From Haliotis rufescens (taxonomy: Eukaryota): a stretch of DNA of 64,000 nt. The first letter of the stretch is position 1; every line of letters starts with the position of its first letter. Both the position numbers and the translations under genes were made by a program. The notes beneath the pieces were generated by a model. The model was not told where the DNA came from, ran no database searches, and saw only the letters and a list, made by a program, of their open reading frames with translations. The DNA lies in NCBI RefSeq assembly GCF_023055435.1, contig NW_025963924.1:124001-188000 (forward strand), in the 5' to 3' direction. Of this stretch, positions 27,849-38,622 are shown in pieces.

Positions 27849-28021
27849 CACATAAGGCCATAACATATTAATTATAATATTTTCATCCCTGCCTGCATGA
27901 AGTGAAGATGACAGCTGACCAAAGCATGCCAAGCAATCCCTTTGTCTAAACTAAATTACCCCAATAGTTTGTTGACAACCCAGTGACCTTGACGATGGAG
28001 GTACGTGACAGACATACTGAC

Positions 28022-28253
28022 CAGGTTCTCACTGATGAGCTTGGATATCACAACATCATTCTGGGGTGAACACAACTGGGCCAGAACTTTTGGGTCTTGC
28101 AGATTCAGCTTTTCAAATCTATCCATCCAATCAGATTTAGCGTCTGGAGAGAAGACTGTGTCAAACAGCAAGCTGATTGGTCGAAAGTCCTGCTCCCTGT
28201 CCATTGGAATGTCATGGTCATCCTGTGGACACCGGCAATTCTTACATACCTTT
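28022..28253 (-). CDS. Internal exon, testin/LMCD1/Prickle-family protein (KVCKNCRCPQDDHDIPMDREQDFRPISLLFD...VISKLISENL)
   Basis: Acceptor cttgcag|A completes AG|A = Arg with the previous exon. KVCKNCRC..DH matches the testin-type RKICRNCKC..EH motif. Donor CTG|gtcagt (phase 0). The 232 nt are open; the 3' boundary is slightly less certain. Confidence 0.88.
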
Positions 28254-28463
28254 CTGCAAGAAATATAATCAAAGTCATAAACTGGCATTTGGCTACAGGA
28301 TATATTTTTTGTCAGAATTAAGAAAGATTAGTAGGTCTGTAACAATTTTGTTTTGTTTGTTTGTTGTTTAACGACCCACAAAGCAATATTCCAGCTATAT
28401 GACAGCGGTCTGTAAATAATCAAGTCTGGACCAGACAATCCAGTAATTGACATCATATGCATG

Positions 28464-28624
28464 TGTAGCAGGGTATGGAGTCATCCCACAGGTGACATCC
28501 TAACCTTGTCAGCTTGCAGACAGGGTTACCCTCTTCGGTCATGCGGACAAGGCGTCCGACCTCGGATCAGAAGGTCCGTGGTTCGAATCCCATCATGGGA
28601 CTCGGAAATTTTATGGCCGCTACA
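28464..28624 (+). mobile_element. 161-bp solo-LTR-like insert (TGTAGC...GCTACA) carrying a tRNA-derived segment
   Basis: Terminal inverted hexamers with TG/CA ends; internal tRNA-Arg-like sequence; no TSD seen. Confidence 0.5.
28529..28600 (+). pseudogene. tRNA-Arg(TCG)-like pseudogene
   Basis: ggacaaggcgtccgacctcggatcagaaggtccgtggttcgaatccc closely parallels metazoan tRNA-Arg(TCG). The poor acceptor stem, C at position 33 and a C:A pair in the anticodon stem argue that it is non-functional. Confidence 0.6.
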
Positions 28625-30018
28625 CCACTAGTCGCCTCTTACGACAAGCATGGGTTGCTGAACACAAATTCTAACCCGGATCAAAATACAATCTGGATAT
28701 TATTAGATCTTTTACACCTGTATGCATCATCCCTAGGCAAGGGAGATAACTGACTATACAATTGCAAGGCTTAATCGTAGTGCCACCTGTGGCAATTAAG
28801 AGTTATCCCTTCTATGTCCCTCCTATTGACCAATCAGATTCCACCTCTCATATCACATGGATTTGCTTCATACAAAACGGTGGCACCCAGGTTAGATAAC
28901 CTCATCGATAATCAAGATCTATATTGTAATAGAGCAGGTCTTACCTCAGGAAGTGCATCAAATGACCTAAGCACTTCAATAAAAAGCATGAAGCAATTTG
29001 GAAAATATCTGTTGATGCCCAGTTGACAATACACATGCATTTCAAATACTGCAGTTGACCAAAATCTACATGCTGAAATCCACGTTGCTTACGAACAGGA
29101 TGTCTAGTTTGTTATACAATTTTGATTGGACTATGCATAGACTCGTTAGTCCGGTAAATAAGTAACTCCAGAATTCCAGTTATGTTCGGCAAGGGTGGAA
29201 ACTGGACTTTTACAGTCAGTTAACTCCCTTGGCTCGGGAAGATGTCCCATATGATACCTGAAGAGGATTGTTCGACACCTCCACAGAAGATCGTCAGGTT
29301 CACTTTCTAATCAGCCAATCAATGGACCTTCTGACAAAGAGGTTGACCCTGTCAGCAAGCTGACAATTAAGGCAAGGATGTCATCTTTTGGATGACTCCA
29401 CGCCCTGCTACATCAGCATTACTTAAAGACCAGTTTAGCTCATATATACTGTTTCAGTTGAAACCATGAAAGCATCTTTCTGTGTGCGTTTGTTCCAGGT
29501 GTAGCACGTGGGAACGCCCCAGGACATCAGCCATGTTATACATCACTGTCAAGCCTAGTCATTAATGACTGGTAAACACATATCAAGGGGTTAAGCGGCT
29601 TTTTCATTTTTCAATAAGGAAAATATGTAACATAATTTGCTGACTGGCTACGATTAAATTAGACTGCTATATCACTACAAAAAGAGTATTCTAGTTTCTC
29701 GTCTAAACAAAACACCTTTTTTCCTGCTCTAATATGCATTACAGAAAAGTGCATATCTGTGGGAAGTATTCCATCCATTTGAAAAAGCAAATATATTTGT
29801 CATTTCATTTGTTGATATGCACTTAACAGGCAAAACTAACATAAAACTATTTACGATAAATTAGGAGAGAATCGTTTAACACTTCACGAGCCATTTCCAG
29901 CCAATCAGAGTGGGTAATTGCTTTTCATTGCTGAATATTAATTCTAATGGGACATGAATGTCATAATTTATGTCTGATGTGAGATTCGGGAGCTGTGTGT
30001 GTGTGAATATAGTCTTAC

Positions 30019-30107
30019 CTCCAATAATGCACCTCGAGTCCCGGACACCCGTCGATGCACTTGAGACACCGCGGACCTCGAGGAGTGCGTGGGAATTTAT
30101 TTGTACC
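30019..30107 (-). CDS. Internal exon, testin/LMCD1/Prickle-family (PET-LIM) Cys-rich N-terminal domain (GTNKFPRTPRGPRCLKCIDGCPGLEVHYWR)
   Basis: Acceptor ttgcag|GGT and donor AG|gtaaga; 89 nt, phase 0 to 2. CLKC..C.G...H.WR matches the testin-type motif CLKCxxxCxGFELHFWRK. Confidence 0.88.
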
Positions 30108-30334
30108 CTGCAATATGAGAGAAAAGTTATTAACTCAAGAATTGGGGTTAAATCAAGTAATAACTGGTTAAAAATTCAAAATGAAATACACATGTTAGAG
30201 ACTGGTCACAGGCTCTGAGATAAGCAGGTGACAAATTCAACACCACTAGTCAGTCACAGCTTCATGCCAGGGTTGAGGCAGTGAGACTAGCACATCGTGT
30301 TTGGCCAACCATTATATCTTGTCTGTTTCTCATC

Positions 30335-31780
30335 TCCATGACTAGCCCCTTGGAAAACACCCTAGCCTCAGCTTATGACGAGTTCCCCAAGGAACACCCT
30401 GGCCTTAGTATATGACTAGTCCCCGTAGGAACACCCTGACCTTAGTACATGTACATGACTAGTCCCCCTAGGAACACCCTGGCCTCAGTATATGCCTAGT
30501 CCCCCGAGAAACACCCTGGCCTTAGTATATGACTAGTCCCCCTAGGAACACCCTAGCCTTAGTATATTACTAGTCCCTCGATGAACACCCTGGCCTTAGT
30601 ACATGACTAGTCTCTCGATGAACACCCTGGCCTTAGAATATGACTAGTTGCCCGAGGAACATCCTGGCCTCAGTATATGGCTAGTCCCCCGAGGAACAAT
30701 CCTGACCTTAGTATATGACTAGTCCCTCGAGGAACAAGCTTGCCTCAAGTATATGGCTAGTCCCCCGAGGAACAACCTGGCCTTAGTATATGACTTGTCC
30801 CCCGAGGAACAACCTGGCCTTAGTATATGATTAGTACTCCAAGAAACACCCTAGACTTTGTATATGACTAGTCCCCCAAGGAACACCCTAACCTTAGCAT
30901 ATGACTAGTTCCCTGAAGAACATCCTGGCCTCAGTATATGACTAGTCCCCCGAGGAACACCCTGGCCTTAGTATATGACTAGTACCCCGTGTACCATCAT
31001 AACCAATGTATATGACAAGTTCCCTGAGGAACACCCTGGCCTTAGTATATGACTAGTCCCCCTAGGAACACCCTGGCCTTAGTATATGACTAGTTCCCTA
31101 AGGAAAACTCTGGCCTTAGTACATGACCTGTATATGACCAGTTCCCTGAGGAATGCCTGGCCTTAGTACATGACCAGTTCCCTGAGGAATGCCCTGGCCT
31201 TAGTACACGACCAGTTCTCTGAGGAATGCCCTGGCCTAAGTACATGACCAGTTCCCTGAGGAATGCCCTGGCCTAAGTACATGACCAGTTTCCTGAGGAA
31301 TGCCCTGGCCTTAGTACACGACCAGTTCCCTGAGGAATGCCCTGGCCTTAGTACATGACCAGTTCCCTGAGGAATGCCCTTGGCCTTAGTACATGACCAG
31401 TTCCCTGAGGAATGCCCTGGCCTAAGTACATGACCAGTTCCCTGAGGAATGCCCTGGCCTTAGTACACGACCAGTTCCCTAAGGAACACCCTGGCTTTAG
31501 TATATGACTAGTCCCCCGTGGAACATCATAGCCAACATATATGACCAGTTCCCCGAGGAACACCCTGGCCTCAGTATATGACTAATCCTCTGAGGAACAC
31601 CCTAGCCTCAGTATATGACTAGTCCTCCTAGGAACACCCTGGCCTCAGTATATGACTAATCCTCTGAGGAACACCCTAGCCTCAGTATATGACTAGTCCC
31701 CCTAAGAACACCCTAGCCTCAGTATATGACTAGTCCTCCTAGGAACACCCTGGCCTCAGTATATGACTAAGCCCCACAGA
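30335..31780. repeat. 37-bp minisatellite (gaggaacaccctggccttagtatatgactagtcccc) with a homogenised variant sub-block at ~31135-31480
   Basis: About 38 units; the central units read gaggaatgccctggcc..tacatgaccagttccct. Confidence 0.93.
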
Positions 31781-33484
31781 ACACCTCCAGCCCATTAGCA
31801 CAACAGTCACTCATATAGGAAACTAGACCCATTGAATCAGGTCTCATTAACTTATTAAGATACGGCATGCTCGGAAGTCCTCAGGATGGATTAGATGCTC
31901 TTCAGTGCCACCCACATTACCCAACTGTGTCGCAAGGTTATGCTCCTAGTTAATGTATTTAGCAGTGTATTAATTAGTGTTGAGTTCTTTCTCTAATGAT
32001 ATGCATCAATTGGCTGTTGGTATGAACAGTGTAAAGCACAAATAAGTCCCCATTAACCTGCGCTTGTGTGGTCGCAACATTTGCCAAATATGGGTCAAAC
32101 TTGGCAAGGTGACAGCAAGATATAAAAAATGTGACTTGTCTGAAGGTGTGTCTCCGTATCCTGGTAGTGGAGATTGTTGCTTATACTATTGACCATTAGT
32201 CTGTCCCATCTGATATGTCACAGCGCTATAACTAATACTTCACCATGATGTTTATGTAGTAGGGTGTTGTAAATGCAGTATCAAGTACTGATATCAAGTA
32301 TTGATTAATTCACTGTGACACAATCAAACATGAAATAAAATTTGTTCAGATTGTTACTTCTAAAACAATTAAATTCATATGGACAACAATTATTATTATT
32401 TTTATCAATTTTCAATGGATCCTTAACACAACTACCAAATAATATTGTTAGTAGAAATCTAATAAAAAAAATATTACAAAAGAAATCATGACACTTCCTG
32501 TTGGAAAATTATAAAAGAAACATAAACAATTCATAATTAATTTATGAATGTAATTTTTGTCCCAAAATTACTACAATTCATGCAACATCTGCTAAGTTAT
32601 TCTGAGAATTTCTGCTTAGATCTGCCACTTATCTGAGGACCAGAATTAACTGAACAAAGAATTATTATCATAATAAACAACATAACTAAACTATCTACAA
32701 CAGTAAATTATCTGCTACTGGGCATTTGGAGGTGACAGAATCTTGTGCAGGGGTGGCACCAGTGTATACACTCCAGCGATGCTATCAGCTACCATTCCTC
32801 TCATAAAGGGATTATTTCCCAACATCTGGTGACACTCGATACAACAGCCATACCCCTTGGGAACTGGAGGCCCATAACGTCTATATTTATGTGTTCTTCC
32901 AATGAAATAATACCACTGGACCTCACCCTAGAATTATCTTAAAGGCTAATGTTTGATGGGGCTTGCTCCAGGCAATTGTCAGACAGTTGCCGAGAATTGT
33001 GACACTTGAAACGTGATTTCTATTGTTACATGTTTGTGATGATGAACAGCTTGTAAAACGTAAACATTTTGATATGGCATGTAAACTCCAATGCAACATT
33101 TACAGGATTGTCTATTAGCATGCCGTAAACAGAATGTGTTCTAAAACACTGCTACTTGATTGTAGCTGTGATAGAAGCATCCAAATAGAAACACAGATGC
33201 TGAAAGAGAAGATGTGTTAAAGATCCATGACAAAAACTCAGTCTTGTGCAACTTTGGACATAAGTATTTTTAGGGGAGTCATCGTTTTATCATTGCTCAG
33301 ATTAATCAGAGCATATTTGCATGAACATGTTTACAATGCTTAGCAGTGCTTACAATATATCTTATTTGTTTGGGTACATGTTTATATACAGTTCATGCAT
33401 CAAGATGAGGGAAGAGGATGGGGTTTTTCTCACTATGCATGTACAGCAGAACCTTATTCACTGGCCAATAAAAAAAGATAAAAA

Positions 33485-33646
33485 AGTGATTGACATCATG
33501 AGCATCGATCTACGCAATTTGATACGATGACATGCATCAACCAAGTCAGCGAGCCTACCAACCGTTCCCGTAAGTCGGCTCTTATAAGCATATTCGCTTT
33601 TTACGCCAAGGATGAGTCGCTGAAGACCTATTCTAACCCGGGTCTT
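33485..33646 (-). mobile_element. Family-1 short retroposon lacking its 3' tail
   Basis: gtgattgacatcatgagcatcgatc...gaagacctattctaacccgg. Confidence 0.8.
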
Positions 33647-35573
33647 GTCGGGTATTGGGTACATGGGTACATTGAGCATATATCAACATCACACATATAA
33701 CATATAAGAGGTAAAATGATAAAGGTTTGAGTATTAGAGTTATGACAACATTTGAAGAGGTGATGACTTGACAGGGCTATATATTTCGATGGATAAGTTT
33801 GTTATTGGCAAACAAACCTTAAAGTCCGGTTCCATGCATAATTTAATATAAAATAACTTTTTTTTCAAATATGATCTTTAGATATTTACCAGCTGATTTA
33901 TTACTGTCGTTTCAAGGTGATAAAAGGAATCCGATCCATAGTATGATGGACTTCCTTAATCGAGTTTGCTACCTTCTAATAGTCAATGTCCCTTCAGTAA
34001 CTGACACTGTAAATCTGAAAAAAACCATCCATATGTTCCACTCAACATCCGCCTTGGTATCCATTATACAACAGAGGACCGAGTCAGTGAGTGACGTAAA
34101 GTTTATGTCACTTAGTTCAGTCATTGGTTAATGTTGGTGGAAATCTTGAAGTGACCAAGGTCATTGACATCTACAACTTTGATGAAACCCAAAAGCAGAA
34201 GTATGGCACTGGGAGACCTACGTCAAATAGGGGTGAATCGTCACTTCAAACCACCAACCAGTGCACACACATTTGTGGTGACTTTGTCACATGGGCCTCT
34301 AAAGGTGGTCAGGCTCTCTGATATGGCTGCTTGTGTGTTATGCTCGATGTGGATCGTTATTTGCGCTTTTAGACACGGTTTTCCACGTCCAAACTTGGTA
34401 TGTAAAGAAGTGTAAACCAAATTCACCAACTCAGGTCCATCATGCTAATTTGTAAGAGGGGTGAGTGGATTGAGTTGGGTTAATATCACCTTGATAAGTA
34501 TTTCAGTTACGTAATGGTGTGCCAACTTGATGTGGGAAGAAAGCCCACGTGATGCTGGTCTCAGACATTTCCATCCTTGTGAAAACAACAATCACAAGCA
34601 TAGTACTGATAAACCCATAGCATAATCAGGGCCAATCTGTGAATCTGGCAACTCCACAAGGCTGTGATGCTCCCCCCCCCCCCCTCATCACTTAGTAGCA
34701 AGTGGTGTAATCAGAAGTTTTTATTGCATTCAAGAGCTCAGACACCTTCGTCAGAATCTACGAAGTGAAAGCTTGTCTTCCCTGCTTTATGAAAGCCATA
34801 CAATGTATCTGTGATTATACAAGAAACATTCACATCCAGAAAAGCTGTAACTGAGTAAGCAGTCTGATAATCAAGAAGGAACATTTCTCATCAAAACATG
34901 TGTGACAGCACAAAACAGACATGCTCTGATCATTTTCACGATAATTCAGCAAAATTCCACACACCACAATGTAACATGCTGGTAGCGACAACTGAAAGTC
35001 AAGACAACAATATGCAGCAAAGAGTGTTTATTTTGGATGACAAAATACCGAGTAAACAGAACGCACACATCTTTGTGAAATGCATAACATGCTAAACACC
35101 CTACACTTGGTAAAAAAATTGTTGAGAGATCCAAAAATCTTGATATGATTTTATTATCCTCCATCAGGGCTCGTCAATAACAGGTTGAGGTCCTCCTGAG
35201 GTATTTGTTTAATAAAATTTGGTTTTGTTATACATCAGTGGTCTAGATACAGCACATAGCAGTTCCCACCTATGGCACATACGATGCAAGTGAACAGCAT
35301 TTGCAACAAATAATTCTGTCACTACTTAATGTATTTATTTGTTCTGTCTAAGTAAAGGATACTGAGCAGAATGAAGATAAATAATTGAGATAGATAAAAT
35401 TACTGCATTTTCAGAAGGATTTAGGAACGTTATTCTTAAGAAACTAGAATTTCCTAGCTCCTTTTTTTCTCCAAACTACACTTTTAGAATGCGACATAAA
35501 ATTATAACATACTTGACAAGCTGAACATTAAATGGCATACACATTGAATACCTAGTCTGTCATACAGACCCTG

Positions 35574-35842
35574 TGAGTGAGCGAGCTGGGTCTAACGCCG
35601 CTTTTGATAATATTCCAGTTATATCACGGCGTGTCAGCTTAATGTAGGAGGAAAGCCCGAGGTGATGCAGGTCTCAGACGTTTACCACTTCGATGAAACC
35701 CACGAGCACGGGTATGGTGCTGACAAACCTAGAAACATAATCGGGGCGAACGGGGATTCGAACCCACAATCATAGGTTTCTGGCGTGCCGAAGGGACGCA
35801 ACTCTGCACAGCGAATCGCGGCGCCTTAGACGACTGCCCCCC
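35574..35842 (-). mobile_element. Family-3 tRNA-headed SINE, full length and young
   Basis: Head ggcagtcgtctaaggc ... gggttcgaatccc; (ctca)-type tail. 11-bp TSD taca[g/a]accctg at 35563-35573 and 35843-35853. Confidence 0.9.
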
Positions 35843-36494
35843 TACAAACCCTGAAACAAATATTTCCAAGACAGCAAATGCAAGTCTCTAATTGTTGGCA
35901 AGTCTAGATTACTGCAGTTTTTGAAAATGAAGAGAGCCTCTGAGCTCCTTTTTATTACATTTTATTAACATAATTTTACAACTGTTTTGTTCTGTAAAAT
36001 ATTTTTATTTCAGAGACTAGAATAACTCAAGTCAAACTCAAAACCATGTTTAACTGCTTCAGAAAAATATTTTGGTAACATCAAGATTATGATCTTGTTT
36101 CAAAATTGTCCCTACATAGGTACCTATGTTACAACAGGAAGACAATTTCGTAGGCCCTAGAAAAATATATAACTAGCTGTTTGTTGCTGTGCACCGCCCA
36201 TGTTGGCCACTAACACTGAATCATACACCACTGTATATGCGCTGCTGTAGACCCGCCTCCATTCTAATACCAAACAATGCTGTATGCTGTGTATGGATAC
36301 AGAGGCAAATGGAATTGAGACATCCAAAGGCTCGTCTTCTTTCTGTCTATTTTCATTTGGGTCAGGCAAAGTTTTGTTTGGTTTATGGACGAACCAGTCC
36401 CAATTATTACTCAAGAGTAAAAAAAATATAAAAGACAGTGCGAAAGGGCCTGTAGCCATCCTGACTTATGAAGTATTACATCTACAAACGTGGA

Positions 36495-36571
36495 GTGAGT
36501 GAGTAAGTGAGTATGGTTTTACGCCGCTTTTAGCAATATTCCAGCAATATCACGGCGGGGGACACCAGAAA
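36495..36571 (-). mobile_element. Family-2 SINE, 5'-truncated
   Basis: (gagt)n tail followed by acgccgcttttagcaatattccagcaatatcacggc. 13-bp TSD ctaca[a/g]acgtgga. Confidence 0.85.
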
Positions 36572-38585
36572 CTACAGACGTGGATCTTCTTATGGTCATC
36601 ACATTCACAGTGCCCAGCGGTTCTTCAGAGCAGGATATTAGCTTTTTCTTAACATTTCATTTCTAAATATAAATAAAATATTACAATAGAATCACTGATT
36701 TGAACAAGAAATGATGATTTCATAAGTAGAAACCTGCATGCACAATTTCAGCTTCATCAGTCAAGCAGAATCAGGGAAGACGATATTTATTATTTAAGAG
36801 CATCGTAACAGTGCAAAGGTCTTTCGTTTGTAAAGGGCAGTGTCTGAGTTAATGGGGGTCATGAAGTTTTGTATGTTTTAAATAGTCCATCACAAGAATC
36901 AGACCACTCTTTGAGGTTCTGTAGGTCACTAGTCCTTGCCTTGATGGCCAAAGCGATGACTGTTATGGCTTTGACACACTTGTCAAATTGACGAAAATGC
37001 TGGCTTGGCATCCATGGACAGTTTGGGCCTGCCTTCACTTGCTTTACAATTCCTACATCCAAAGGTGTAGGGTGGCGTAACTCTGCCTGGATCATCCTAC
37101 CAACAACCTCTCCCAATGTTGCTCAAACAATTTCTTTTCAAAGTCAAGTTTGAATTTCTGGACAAGGTACTTTAGTTGTAAAAAAAACCCTATATACTAT
37201 GTCTGTAAAGCAACATTTACCTTTTGCCATTGCTCAACAATGTACCAAAAATCAAACTATGGCAAAAAATAGTATTATATGTTATTCATAAAACCGCTTT
37301 GCTGCATATGGTATTTCATAATGATACATGCAGAAATGGCCAAAAGAGATATGGCCAAAAAGGACATTTTCAATATGGCCACCATGGCTAAATTTGGAAA
37401 AGGTTCTGAATTCTGAGTGACAATGGTGAGTTAAAAATCTTGCACTTATTGGTGAATTAAATCATGCTATTTTGTTCTTCTTTTGTATTGGTAATAATTT
37501 TACTTCACGAGATATTCTTAGGAAATATGCCTCAAGTTAGACCAAAATGTTTTTAATAACTTGTATTTTGGCATATTGACCAAACACATCTGTAAATTAA
37601 AACCGAGAAAGGGTTGTTGCCTTATGTTCCACTAACTGAACAAGACACTTGGCCAAGTGGCACACATATCTTCAGGCACTTCCTTCTTTTTGTTCAACCT
37701 ATACAGTTTTTCTAACTGTTGCTAATGGGTCTGGCATTGCTATTACGGGTCCTTTAGATACAAAAGAGCTGGTTACCATGTCTGTAAAGCATATATATCA
37801 AATTTGTTTTAAAAATTGATTGATTGGCCATATTATATATACACTACAATTTTCTCAAAGCATCATATTGGAGATGAAACAGGTACACTATCCATTTATT
37901 TAAAAAAGACCTCCTAAACATGTAAAAAATCTACCCTGTCGAGAACTGTATCTCAAATACAGGCCTCCCTGGTGGAGCCGGTGACGTATGGCTGCTTTAA
38001 ACACAATATGCAATTTGATTTCAATATGGGTGGGCTTCCTAAAGGACAGCCACAGTAGGGGGCGCTTCTCTGCCTCCAGAAAGACACAAGGTGCTGCTCC
38101 ACCAAAGCATACTTGCTGATACAACTGTACTCCCTTCGCGAGCTGGAGCGTCCGTCTAGATGTGATAAGCCTGTTCGGAAGGAAGCCTTGTAGAATGCAA
38201 GCGCTTTTACAGCTTTTTGGGGAAAAGGAGGGGTTCATTTTTGCAAGTTTGTGATTTTCAGTTTGTGTTTAGCACTGGTGTACCAATGAAAATATTTCAC
38301 AAAATGATTTAAATCTGGTGTTGTGATAGTTTCACGCTTAGTATATCCGACCACCAAAAACACTGGTGAATGATGAATAATGAAATGATTGGTAGGCTTC
38401 AAGGGGATGAGAGCGGGTGCTTAGAGCACCCCAGCACCCCAGCACCCAAACCCCTCACTAGACCCGCGTATGGAAAGTAAATCAGCGCCAGAACAGCAAA
38501 CGAGAAATAGTGAGACATTAGAAAGCAAAAGTTTAGAAATTGGACACATTTCAAGTTACAGTCTGTCTCACCATGTTAACTCAAC

Positions 38586-38622
<37 letters not shown>

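Larger units (their letters stand above)
28349..28682 (-). mobile_element. Family-1 short retroposon interrupted by a TG...CA insert
   Basis: The 3' part (28349-28456) and the 5' part (28626-28682) flank the insert. Confidence 0.8.

Noticed and set aside
32084-32093. CArG box ccaaatatgg (SRF site)
   Set aside because: A single match is expected by chance in 64 kb of AT-rich DNA.
33879-34015. Exon-like segment with a tttttttcag acceptor and gtaaat donor (minus strand)
   Set aside because: Stop codons in the frame needed to join exon 30107; no support as coding.
36859-38238. ORFs 36859-37116 and 37900-38238 as transposase or gene
   Set aside because: No recognisable motif or splice-consistent frame; possibly decayed TE sequence, but unsupported.
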